This document shows positions 36,891 to 45,941 of a stretch of DNA of 64,000 bases, piece by piece. Source of the DNA: Candidatus Melainabacteria bacterium 17Bon1m (lineage in GTDB: Bacteria; Cyanobacteriota; Vampirovibrionia; Obscuribacterales; Obscuribacteraceae); the NCBI GenBank assembly GCA_032128875.1, contig JAVLKG010000011.1, positions 128,001 through 192,000 on the forward strand. Reading direction: 5' to 3'. Each line of letters begins with the position of its first letter. Within the stretch, counting starts at the first letter, position 1. The notes below the pieces were generated by a model, which was not told the origin of the DNA, did no database searches, and saw only the letters and a list, made by a program, of their open reading frames with translations. A program made the translations under genes and the position numbers.

Positions 36891-38798
36891 TTAGCGGTGT
36901 TGCTCTTGCTCACGCTGTTCGCGAACATGTGCTTCGCTGGCATACTTAACCGAAGGTGCCTCAGGCGTCGGAGCCAACTTGCGATTGAGTGCTTTCAATG
37001 GATCTTGCGCTAGGGTCTTGTCGGCGGACTCTTTGCCGGGCTCGCCTGTCGGTGGAATACCTAGATAGCGTGCCGCTTCCATTGCAATTGCGTTGAAGAC
37101 AGGACCAGCCACGGTGTTACCCCAGCGACCGTCGGTTTGTGGGCTGTCGACGACGACAATGCCCACCAATTGCGGGTTGTTAGCGGGTAAGAATCCAACG
37201 AAGGATGCGATAGTTTGCCCAGCAAGATAGCCTCTGCCGCTGGCTGAAACCTTCTGCGCTGTTCCGGTCTTACCGGCAACTCGATAGCCAGGCACTTTTC
37301 CAGCGATTTGAGTACCCATGGCAATGTTGTCGGCAAGCAATCCAGCTACGTGGTGAGCGACATTCGGTGAGATGACTTCACGTTTTACCGGCTCGGTCCA
37401 CTTTTCAGTAACACCGGTGCGTGGGTCATAAATTCGGCGAATCAAGTGTGGTTGCATCCAGACTCCGCTGTTTGCAACAGCTCCAACCGCTGCCATCAAC
37501 TGTAGTGGCGTAACAGCAATCGCTCCCTGTCCAAATCCTGTTGTCGCAGCGTCGAGCGGCTTCCAGAATTTGTGGTTGAGCAAGAGACCATGCGATTCTC
37601 CAGGCAGGTCGATACCAGTTGGTTGACCGACGCCGAATTTCTGCAGCATATCGTGGAAAACTTTCGGTGGCATCATCATCGCAATTTGTGCCGAGGCAAT
37701 ATTGCTGGAGTGGATGAAGAGATGCAGAAGGTCAATGGAGCCGTGCCCGCCATCGTGGTTGCGAATGGTGCGATTGCCGACTGTGAGCGAGCCGCCATCG
37801 TAGAATGTGGTTGAGTTCTTGATGACGCCCGTTTCCAATCCTGAGCAGACGGTGAGGATCTTGAAGGTTGACCCGGGCTGATAAACGTCAACCATGGACC
37901 AGTTCTTTGTTGTTTCCAGCGCATACTTGTGATAGCGGTTTGGATCGTATGGCGGATAGTTTGCCCAAGCGAGAATCTCGCCGGTTGTCGGATCAGCAAA
38001 CAGTGCTGTTCCTTTTAAAGCAGATGAGTGGCGGCACATCGCTGCCAATTCTTTTTCAGCAAGGTGCTGCAAATAATTGTCGATAGTCAGTTCGACGTGG
38101 CGGCCGAGAGGCGGCGAAATACCCCAGTCGGCATTCTGTTCTTTGACTAGAATGCTGCGACCGTGTCCATCTAATTGTGGAGTCGGCATTGCGCCGGTAT
38201 TCTTGAGAAGGTTCTCTTCTTTTTGTTCGATCCCACCTTGTCCTTTCGTATCCATATTTACGTAGCCGAGCAAGTGAGCGGCTAACTGTCCTTCAGGATA
38301 ATGGCGGAAAGGACGCGGGACGATGTCGACGCCCGGCCAGTTTAGAGCTTGAATTTCATCGACCATCTCACGCTCGAGGTGGCGCGATAGCGTTATGACT
38401 GGATAGCCGGAGTTCATCAACTTATAGACTTTCTCTACTGGTTGACGAGTAATTCGGGCGAGAATTTCTGATGCTTCCGCAATGCCTGCTTTGATCAGTT
38501 TTGGGTGAATATAGATATCGTATCTGGTGGTATCAATTGCCAGAGGCAAACCATGTCTGTCAGTGATTGCACCTCTGTGCACCAGAAGATTGTGCTGTTG
38601 CCGCTGAACATGCGCTTTCTGTTTCAGTTCTGGGCCAACGATAATTTGTAGGTAGTAGAGACGGCCAACAATAAGTAAAAATCCGCCCAGCAGACAGAAC
38701 TGCCAGAATCGTAGGCGCCACAAAGGAGATCTCGGACGTCTGTCATGACGCCGTGAACGACCTCGAGTCCCTAACTCTGGAGGAGACTGAGTGGTCAA
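36891..38798 (-). CDS. ftsI: Class B penicillin-binding protein (FtsI-like)
   Basis: RGAITDRHG, RHYPEG, LTIDNYLQ, PGSTFK (SxxK), SSN, KTGTAQ; follows rsmH-ftsL. Confidence 0.9.
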   Translation of the reverse strand: MTTQSPPELGTRGRSRRHDRRPRSPLWRLRFWQFCLLGGFLLIVGRLYYLQIIVGPELKQKAHVQRQQHNLLVHRGAITDRHGLPLAIDTTRYDIYIHPKLIKAGIAEASEILARITRQPVEKVYKLMNSGYPVITLSRHLEREMVDEIQALNWPGVDIVPRPFRHYPEGQLAAHLLGYVNMDTKGQGGIEQKEENLLKNTGAMPTPQLDGHGRSILVKEQNADWGISPPLGRHVELTIDNYLQHLAEKELAAMCRHSSALKGTALFADPTTGEILAWANYPPYDPNRYHKYALETTKNWSMVDVYQPGSTFKILTVCSGLETGVIKNSTTFYDGGSLTVGNRTIRNHDGGHGSIDLLHLFIHSSNIASAQIAMMMPPKVFHDMLQKFGVGQPTGIDLPGESHGLLLNHKFWKPLDAATTGFGQGAIAVTPLQLMAAVGAVANSGVWMQPHLIRRIYDPRTGVTEKWTEPVKREVISPNVAHHVAGLLADNIAMGTQIAGKVPGYRVAGKTGTAQKVSASGRGYLAGQTIASFVGFLPANNPQLVGIVVVDSPQTDGRWGNTVAGPVFNAIAMEAARYLGIPPTGEPGKESADKTLAQDPLKALNRKLAPTPEAPSVKYASEAHVREQREQEQHR

Positions 38799-38822
38799 CG
38801 TGGAGGGCCTCCCGAACGGAGT

Positions 38823-39314
38823 TTAGTATCCCGACATTATCGGGAGACTATGCTTGTTAGCTTTGAATGTAACCATCTTCGGTGCAGCGACTTCTTTGAC
38901 GATGAGAACTTGCTCGGGCACTTGCAAGCCATGACGTCCGACGACGCTGTCCTGAATACCTTCAAAAGAGATTGCTCTCAAAAGCTGCGCAGACAATTCA
39001 GAATTCTGTTCCGATAAACGTCTGGCTTGTTCTTGCAAACGAGTTACGTCATTTGTACGGGCGACGTCCAAACCGTAACCGAGAATGGCAATGCCACAGA
39101 ATGCGATAAGCGAAGTACGCAAAACTTGATTGAGGCGCACCACCAGTGGAGCCTTACGGCTGTCGCGATCCTGTGACGGAGCGGTGACTGGAACCAGGTG
39201 CGGTCTGGCTTGGGGAGCCGAATAGACTATTTGCTTACGAACACCTTCTTGAGACTTTTCGCTTTTTTGGACTGGTTCGGTAAAAGCTAGAAGTTGTGCG
39301 GCGTTGCTCGGCAT
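38823..39314 (-). CDS. ftsL: FtsL-like cell division protein
   Basis: Single TM followed by a coiled coil; position between rsmH and ftsI (mainly synteny). Confidence 0.6.
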   Translation of the reverse strand: MPSNAAQLLAFTEPVQKSEKSQEGVRKQIVYSAPQARPHLVPVTAPSQDRDSRKAPLVVRLNQVLRTSLIAFCGIAILGYGLDVARTNDVTRLQEQARRLSEQNSELSAQLLRAISFEGIQDSVVGRHGLQVPEQVLIVKEVAAPKMVTFKANKHSLPIMSGY

Positions 39315-39388
39315 GTGGTGCTCCCATCTAGATCCGCCATTAAAAGGCGGTAGAAAACGGTAGAAACGATTTCAGAAAAACAGAGGAC

Positions 39389-40411
39389 TTAAACCCTTTC
39401 TCCAACACGTAGTTTAGCACTACGACTACGTATGTTGGCAAGCACTTCTTTTTCAGATGCAGTGACCGGTTTGCTGGTCATTATCAGCAACTTAGGATCT
39501 TTGCCACACGTGCAAACCGGCTGCCTGGGCGGACATACGCAACCTTTCTCGTACAACTTGAGAATTTGCTTAACGATGCGATCTTCCAAGCTGTGAAAGC
39601 TGATAACCGCGAGCCTGGCGCCCGGAGCGAGGATTTTCACAGACTCATGTAAAAATTTTTCCAGACTTGCCAACTCGGTATTCACCGCAATTCTTAACGC
39701 TTGAAATGTGCGAGTGGCTGGATGCGAGTCGTCAAGCCTATCTGATCTGCTTTTCGATCGATTCTTGTTATGCCCTCTGGTACCACGGGCGGTATATATA
39801 CATCCGGCAACAATCTCTGATAATTCAGCCGTAGTATGTATCGGACGCTTGCTGACTATGCGGCGTGCAATCTGGCGGCTGAGACGTTCTTCACCATATT
39901 TGTAGATGATGTCTGCGATTTCTCGTTCCTGAAATTCGTTTACTATCGTTGCTGCACTAAGTTTCTGAGTGTGATCCATTCGCATATCCAGAGGGCCGTC
40001 TTTCAGAAAGCTAAAGCCCCTTTCGGGATTGTCAAGCTGCATGCTGGACACTCCTATGTCTGCGAGTATGCCACCATCCACAGTGCTGATACCCAGCGAT
40101 TCCAGATGCTCGCCGATGTCGCTGTAATCGCCATGAATGTACGATGCAGCGCCTGGCAATCTTGCTGCGACCTTGTCAAGCGATGCCTTGTCTTTGTCGA
40201 TGCCAATCAACTTTCCAGTCGGTCCCATCCGCTCACGAATCGCCTGCAAATGTCCGCCGGCACCAACTGTGGCGTCCACGTAAGTGAGCCCGGGCCGAAT
40301 GTTCAAAGCGTCCAAGCATTCATCGAGCAGAACAGAGACGTGCTCTCTTGGCGCTTTTCCCTCTGGGGAAAAGTTGCTCTTGGAATCTTCCTTTGAGTTA
40401 TTGCTATCTAT
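39389..40411 (-). CDS. rsmH: 16S rRNA m4C1402 methyltransferase RsmH; start codon non-canonical or uncertain
   Basis: HVSVLLDE, YVDATVGAGGH, DIGVSSMQLD, GPLDMRM, HPATRTFQALRIAVN, SFHSLEDR, RSRSAKLR. The frame is open back to 40420; the candidate start is ATA at 40411. Confidence 0.93.
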   Translation of the reverse strand: MDSNNSKEDSKSNFSPEGKAPREHVSVLLDECLDALNIRPGLTYVDATVGAGGHLQAIRERMGPTGKLIGIDKDKASLDKVAARLPGAASYIHGDYSDIGEHLESLGISTVDGGILADIGVSSMQLDNPERGFSFLKDGPLDMRMDHTQKLSAATIVNEFQEREIADIIYKYGEERLSRQIARRIVSKRPIHTTAELSEIVAGCIYTARGTRGHNKNRSKSRSDRLDDSHPATRTFQALRIAVNTELASLEKFLHESVKILAPGARLAVISFHSLEDRIVKQILKLYEKGCVCPPRQPVCTCGKDPKLLIMTSKPVTASEKEVLANIRSRSAKLRVGERV

Positions 40412-40420
40412 TGTTTTTAC

Positions 40421-40888
40421 TTATGACTTGCGTTTTGCCAGAAAATCGAAATCCCAGCAAGTGAAATAAAGGAGCTGAATCGTCAAAAGGCTCATCAATG
40501 CAGTAAGTAGCATTGGGCTAAGCCACTCCGGCCTCTCGGCCCAGACATTAAGATACAGCGCGCCGTGCATAAGCGCCAGCGGCATTATGAATAGAGAAAT
40601 TATTGCGACAACTTGTCTAGTGGTGGCAGTCGTGCCTGCCCAGTGCCAGCGAAGACCATCCCACCAGTAAGTTGGAGCGACTTTCACGCCCAGGCGACGT
40701 GCCGGGTAGAGTCTCCTGCCTCCGCGCAGTGGTACGAAGCAGCGCTCGCAGCTGTTGCAGGACAAGGTTTCTGTCAGTCCGTACGGTTCCAAAATCCCGG
40801 CGTTGCAGCGCGGACAAGGATAGGACTGGTTGAGAACGATGACTTGTTGGTGAAAGGAAAGCTGTTCGTATGATTGAAACATTGCCAA
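40421..40888 (-). CDS. Zn-ribbon (CxxC...CxxC) protein with two C-terminal TM segments
   Basis: YPCPRC...LSCNSC, YWWDGLRW, two hydrophobic helices. Confidence 0.75.
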   Translation of the reverse strand: MAMFQSYEQLSFHQQVIVLNQSYPCPRCNAGILEPYGLTETLSCNSCERCFVPLRGGRRLYPARRLGVKVAPTYWWDGLRWHWAGTTATTRQVVAIISLFIMPLALMHGALYLNVWAERPEWLSPMLLTALMSLLTIQLLYFTCWDFDFLAKRKS

Positions 40889-41194
40889 TTAGCCCAATGA
40901 GGTCAGGGAGTCGCTGATGACCGGGTTCGCCGCGGCCGAAAAACGACGCACGGAATCACCACCGGCCCTTGAGTGAGGCTGGTCGCGGAGGTGACAAAAA
41001 CCCTGTCACTTGTTAATTACCCGCGGAAGGGCATCAAACCGCGCTTGTTGAGAAACATTAGCTATATTTAATGCCGTGATGAGCCCCATACCGAGGGACT
41101 CCTCACGCCTGGCTCTCTAAAACCAGGCTGTAATTCGCTTTGCCGCGAAATAGTTCATTTGACTGTATGAAAAAAACTGTTTCGCAATGTGAAA

Positions 41195-42037
41195 TTAGCT
41201 GAAATATGGGTCTTTTCGACTGGCTCCAAGGGCGCCCAGAGCCAGCATCACGCGAAACACAACGCTGTAATCTTTGTCCGTGAATTCCACGTCCCGGTCG
41301 TTTAGCCGTTTTACATTTGGTACCAACTCGCAAGCATCGGCCATCGAAGTGTCATTCATTGATAGAGTCAGTTTTGCCGGAGATGGAGGCTTAAGTAAGT
41401 TCCAGCTCGCCTTAGCTTTGGCGGCTTCGTACGCTGATTTCTCCAAATCCTCGAGCACTTGTTCTTGTGGTCTAAAGCAAGCGGAATAACGCGAAATAGC
41501 ATGTTTCACCACTGTGCAATTAACTTTTCCCATCAATTCTTCGCATTCTCTTTTTAGCGCATCGTCACCAGTGATGAGGGCTACTGGCACATCGAATGCA
41601 CCGGCAAGATACGCGTTCAGTCCTGTTTCACCCACCAGAACATCATTGATACGCACATCGCGGAAGACTTGAGCTCTGTATGTGTGCGAAAGCACCCCAG
41701 TGGCACAGCCTTGGCGCGCATGATACCCGATCAAGCATGCGAAATCCGGCTTCTTTTCCGTGTGCACGCCGGACACCATAGAAAATGGTTTTTGCCAACC
41801 GCTGGTCAAATGTGCCTTTGGGTGCAAAAGTTCAATTCGCAAGTTGCGCATGTCCCAGTGGGAGTCATTTACAACGATTTCGTCACACCCGGCTTTTACG
41901 AGACCGTTTATGACAGCATTCGTCTCTGCGTGCATCAATTGAACCGAACGCTCATATCCTGGCTCGCCAGGCTGAGTTTGGCTGGAGTGGCAGATGCCGT
42001 TTATACCTTCCAGGTCCACCGATATATATGCACGCAT
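41195..42037 (-). CDS. dppA: M55 family D-aminopeptidase (DppA-like)
   Basis: YISVDLEG, VNDSH, GYHA, LSHTY, GETGLNA, ITGDD. Confidence 0.9.
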   Translation of the reverse strand: MRAYISVDLEGINGICHSSQTQPGEPGYERSVQLMHAETNAVINGLVKAGCDEIVVNDSHWDMRNLRIELLHPKAHLTSGWQKPFSMVSGVHTEKKPDFACLIGYHARQGCATGVLSHTYRAQVFRDVRINDVLVGETGLNAYLAGAFDVPVALITGDDALKRECEELMGKVNCTVVKHAISRYSACFRPQEQVLEDLEKSAYEAAKAKASWNLLKPPSPAKLTLSMNDTSMADACELVPNVKRLNDRDVEFTDKDYSVVFRVMLALGALGASRKDPYFS

Positions 42038-42202
42038 GTGAAATTCCCTTAGTTTTCGCCCAGCAGGTGAGTATATCAATGAGTCAGTTGAATCAAAGTC
42101 TATTAAGGTCGAGACATGTCAAGCTTCACCCGGTATAATTGCGGCTGATCCGAATGCCCCACTTGGACCCTATTCGGATGCAGCACCAGCTCGCGAAGCC
42201 AG

Positions 42203-43288
42203 ATGCAGACCCTTTCGGAAACTTTGAAAGCGCAGACGTCATCCAGTTCGGATTCTCAAAGCCTGGCATTCACCAAGATGCATGGCTTGGGCAATGACTT
42301 TGTGATGGTGTCTCTGGACGACTTGCTGGCGCTCCCGGCCTTTTCTGCAGCCGTGATGCAGGGGATGAACCCTCTGCCTTCACTGACGAAGCGTATATGC
42401 GATAGGAATTTCGGCATTGGTGCAGATGGTTTGATTGTTGGTTTTTCACTTAAGAAAAAACCGGAAATTTCGCTGGATATATTCAAAACTCTTGGCGCTG
42501 ATTATGCGGTTGATACCGAATGCGATATCGGATGGATTTACACTAATTCCGACGGTTCGTCTTCTGCCATGTGCGGCAATGGTCTTCGATGTCTGGGACT
42601 CTGGGCTCTCAGGAAAGAATTGGTTGCATCTAATAGAATTTTGGTGTCAACTAAGGCAGGAGTCCAAGAGATTCTTGTAGAAGACGAATCAAAAATTACG
42701 GTGGACATGGGCAAGCCCATTCTCCAAACCGACTTGATTCCTCTAAGCGGTTCATCGAAAGCCAGTTTTGTGCAAGGCGAAATAAATTCACCCGACTTCA
42801 ATTTCAAAGCGACATGCGTGAGCATGGGTAATCCGCACGTGGTTATTTTCGATGCTCCTCAGGCGCAAGATAGCCTGAATAAAAACAAGTTTTCCGAGTC
42901 ACTCAAATCCTTATCTGAGAAAGTACAGCAACAAAGTTTGTTCTCTGAGGGTGTCAACGTCGAGTGGTGCCGGGCGATTTCTCGAGACGAAGTGCACACA
43001 CTTATTTATGAAAGAGGTTGCGGCGCAACTTTAGCTTGTGCAAGCGGTGCTGCAGCTGTAGTCGTTGCGTCCTCGCTGGAAGGACGAACCGAGCGCAAGG
43101 CAAAAGTTAGGCTGCCCGGAGGCTTCCTATTTATAGAATGGGCTCAATCCGACGATCATGTCCACATGACCGGGCCGGCTGCAACAGTTTTCGCTGGTTC
43201 GATACCCGCACAAGACATCGAAGCATATATTCAATGCCACTCTGCCGACGGCGGAAAGTCTGTTAATAAGGAGATTTGCTGCTCGTGA
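42203..43288 (+). CDS. dapF: Diaminopimelate epimerase
   Basis: FTKMHGLGNDF, GIGADG, MCGNGLRC, SMGNPH, YERGCGATLACASGA. Confidence 0.96.
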   Translation: MQTLSETLKAQTSSSSDSQSLAFTKMHGLGNDFVMVSLDDLLALPAFSAAVMQGMNPLPSLTKRICDRNFGIGADGLIVGFSLKKKPEISLDIFKTLGADYAVDTECDIGWIYTNSDGSSSAMCGNGLRCLGLWALRKELVASNRILVSTKAGVQEILVEDESKITVDMGKPILQTDLIPLSGSSKASFVQGEINSPDFNFKATCVSMGNPHVVIFDAPQAQDSLNKNKFSESLKSLSEKVQQQSLFSEGVNVEWCRAISRDEVHTLIYERGCGATLACASGAAAVVVASSLEGRTERKAKVRLPGGFLFIEWAQSDDHVHMTGPAATVFAGSIPAQDIEAYIQCHSADGGKSVNKEICCS

Positions 43289-44181
43289 TGATGCAAGCTG
43301 ACAGACGAAAGCAATGGATCAAGAGCCGCCGCAAGCAGCGTAATCAGGCTCGCAATGCTCGTTTGCGTCGTCAATTTATGCGCTATGTGACGCTTGTTGG
43401 TTTGCTCTATCTTGGTGGCAGTGCTGTTGTGCGTTTGCCCTGGGCGATTGACAACACTGAGTCGCAATTGACTGTGCGCGGTAATTATGTGACCAGCCGC
43501 CACCAAATTGCAGAGAAAGTAGAAAGTGTTGTTGGCAAGCAGCTCTTCAAGGTAAATCCGAAGGCTTTGGAAAATAGCATCGCGCAACTACCGGCGGTGA
43601 AGCACGCATTTGTTCGGCGCTATGCTTTCCCTGAACCGCATATTTTGGTTGAGGTGCTGGAAGAGTTTCCTTGGGCAACATATGTGCCTGAGCCAGGCAA
43701 GCTGCCGGAATCTGTTATTTCGCAATCTGGTCGAGTTATTCCTTTAAAAGATTTCCCGGGAATTATGCGACCACCGCTCAGAGTCTATGGACCTGCCGCG
43801 CTCAAGATGACTGCTGCTGATGTTACTCAATGGGCAAGCTGGTGCAATTACATTTCGCAGCAGACAAAAATGCCTGTCGAGTCGATTGATTTAAGACACC
43901 CACACGACATTCGCGTGCAAAACGTAGCGCTTCAATTGAAGTTAGGATCTCCTGATACTTCTTTGACTCGCAGACTGGGCAGACTAAGTTCTGTACTTGC
44001 CGCTGTCGATCCGATGAAGACCAACCTCGAATACATTGATCTGGGATTGGACAACAACATTCCTATGAAGCTCGCGAAGATCGATCCTCGCAAAGAAGCC
44101 GCCAAGAAAGCAGCTGAAGAAGCAGAGAAGAAGCGCGCTTCAGAGAACGAGCAACTCGCCGGTCGCGAACAGACTTTGTAG
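43285..44181 (+). CDS. ftsQ: Cell division protein FtsQ/DivIB
   Basis: Basic N-terminus, single TM, POTRA-like region (VRGN...LPAVKHAFVRR..P), C-terminal IDL motifs. Confidence 0.8.
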   Translation: MMMQADRRKQWIKSRRKQRNQARNARLRRQFMRYVTLVGLLYLGGSAVVRLPWAIDNTESQLTVRGNYVTSRHQIAEKVESVVGKQLFKVNPKALENSIAQLPAVKHAFVRRYAFPEPHILVEVLEEFPWATYVPEPGKLPESVISQSGRVIPLKDFPGIMRPPLRVYGPAALKMTAADVTQWASWCNYISQQTKMPVESIDLRHPHDIRVQNVALQLKLGSPDTSLTRRLGRLSSVLAAVDPMKTNLEYIDLGLDNNIPMKLAKIDPRKEAAKKAAEEAEKKRASENEQLAGREQTL

Positions 44182-44191
44182 AGTTCTGACT

Positions 44192-44620
44192 TCAGTCTGA
44201 CCTTTTGCTCGGATCGTAGTAGTCCGGTTGCTTTATGTCATCTCTCAGCATAAGATGCGACGGGTTCAAGTTTGTAGATTCAATTTGCCTTTTTGAAGAA
44301 GATTGGATGGCACTGGTCTTGTTCATTCCGCAAATGTTTACTGCGTACAGCGAAACAAAAATGTTGATTGCATACACGCCGAGGAGAACAAGAGGCGCAA
44401 ACTTTTTTCCTTGCTTCAATAAAAAGAATGAACAAATTGCACCGCCCCAAAACAAGGCGCTCGAAAATGAAATCAATCCCTTTGCGAATGAATTGACGGG
44501 ATAACTAATTGATTCGAGATTACCGTAAGCAATTCCTGCGACCAAGCAAAAAATGCTGCAGTAGATTCCGAGTTTTGCGGAACTCACTTTGGGTGTTTCG
44601 GATAGAGCTTGAAACTTCAT
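44192..44620 (-). CDS. Hypothetical membrane protein (3 TM)
   Basis: 142-aa ORF with three hydrophobic segments. Confidence 0.6.
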   Translation of the reverse strand: MKFQALSETPKVSSAKLGIYCSIFCLVAGIAYGNLESISYPVNSFAKGLISFSSALFWGGAICSFFLLKQGKKFAPLVLLGVYAINIFVSLYAVNICGMNKTSAIQSSSKRQIESTNLNPSHLMLRDDIKQPDYYDPSKRSD

Positions 44621-44645
44621 CGTATTACCAGTCTATATGAAACTC

Positions 44646-44744
44646 GGGCGCGTGCAACGCGCCCCCACGCCTTAAAAACGCGCCCCCATGCTAATACGCG
44701 CCCCCACGCTAATACGCGCCCCCACGCTAATACGCGCCACACGC
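44646..44744. repeat. 18-bp tandem repeat ACGCGCCCCCACGCTAAT (about 5 units) preceded by a REP-like hairpin
   Basis: Units start at 44657, 44678, 44696, 44714 and 44732; hairpin GGGCGCGT-GCA-ACGCGCCC at 44646-44664. Confidence 0.9.
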
Positions 44745-44747
44745 TCT

Positions 44748-45551
44748 CTACAATGCGGCTTTGGCTTGTTCCCAAAGAGCTTGGTACTCGTCCTTGGAGT
44801 ATTCTTTCAATGGTTTTGTTGCCAACTCTTCCATCTTCGCAAAGCGTTTGCGGAATTTCTCGAGCCCGTGAATAAGCGATTCTTCGGGGTTTAGCGAATG
44901 CCATCTTGCAACGTTTACCAGGGTAAATAGAACATCGCCGAGTTCCAGCTCTACATCGTAACGCGCACTGGCTGCTGTTTCTGGCTGAGTCAATGCAGGA
45001 TTCGAAATTGCTTCTTTCAGCTCTTTCATTTCGCTCTCGACCTTATCCCATACTTCGCCTTCGTTGCGCCACTCGAAGCCCTGGCTCACCGCCTTCTCCG
45101 AAATTTTCAGTGCCTGCAAAAGTGATGGCAACGTTCTGCTGATGCTGTCCAAGCAAGACTTAGACTCTTTCTGCTTTTCCTTTTTCTCGGCGTCCTTAAG
45201 GTCATCCCACTGCATTAGGACTTCCTTGGCTGTGGCAAGCGACATTTCGCCAAACACATGCGGGTGTCTAGAGATCATTTTTGAGTTTATGGAATTCGCG
45301 ACATCTTGTATGTCGAATTGTCCTGCATCTTTCGCCACCTGTGCATTCAGCACAATCTGCAAGAGTAGGTCGCCCAGCTCCTCTTTCAATTCCTCTGGGT
45401 TGTCCGAGTGAATTGCTTCCATAACCTCATAGGCTTCTTCTAGTAAGTAGCGCGCCAGGCTTCGGTGAGTCTGCTCACGGTCCCACGGGCAGCCGTCTTC
45501 GGCTCTCAGTCGGGCAATTGTTGAGATGAACTGGTCTAGGGGAGAAGTCAT
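44748..45551 (-). CDS. mazG: Nucleoside triphosphate pyrophosphohydrolase MazG
   Basis: GCPWDREQT, EEAYEV, EELGDLLLQ, RHPHVF, GFEW, ELGDVLF. Confidence 0.96.
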   Translation of the reverse strand: MTSPLDQFISTIARLRAEDGCPWDREQTHRSLARYLLEEAYEVMEAIHSDNPEELKEELGDLLLQIVLNAQVAKDAGQFDIQDVANSINSKMISRHPHVFGEMSLATAKEVLMQWDDLKDAEKKEKQKESKSCLDSISRTLPSLLQALKISEKAVSQGFEWRNEGEVWDKVESEMKELKEAISNPALTQPETAASARYDVELELGDVLFTLVNVARWHSLNPEESLIHGLEKFRKRFAKMEELATKPLKEYSKDEYQALWEQAKAAL

Positions 45552-45941
45552 GTTGAGCAATGTTGAGAGCGCCTTTAGCTTGTATCGGTTTTATTTTTAG
45601 TCTTGAATACGCGATTATAATCGTCCGTAAAGCCTACCAAATATGCGGACAATCTTTGGGGAGAGTCTATTTATCTTGGTTTTGACGAGTCACCCTGCGC
45701 CTGAAGATTTTATCTTGAAAACCGGCGTGGTGGGCTGATTCCAGGCGTTAAATGCCTCTTCGCTGGCTGTCATGCGCCCGTCTAAGAGCCGCTTCTGCGG
45801 TATCATAGGGAGGATTGGCAACCAGTCCAATGCGCATCTGACGCGCTTTCACCGCAGAGCGATGGCTTATGCCTGAGCGGCTGAGTCTTGGATGGTGAGC
45901 CGACGTAACACAAACCGTGCAAGGTCAAAAGGAAAACGCCT

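Noticed and set aside
44657..44744. CRISPR array
   Set aside because: The units are contiguous 18-21 bp tandem copies with no unique spacers, and there are no cas genes in the window.
44617..44904. ORFs reading RPHANT / WGRVLA / LIRAPT repeats
   Set aside because: These are translations of the 18-bp tandem repeat and overlap mazG; there is no independent support.
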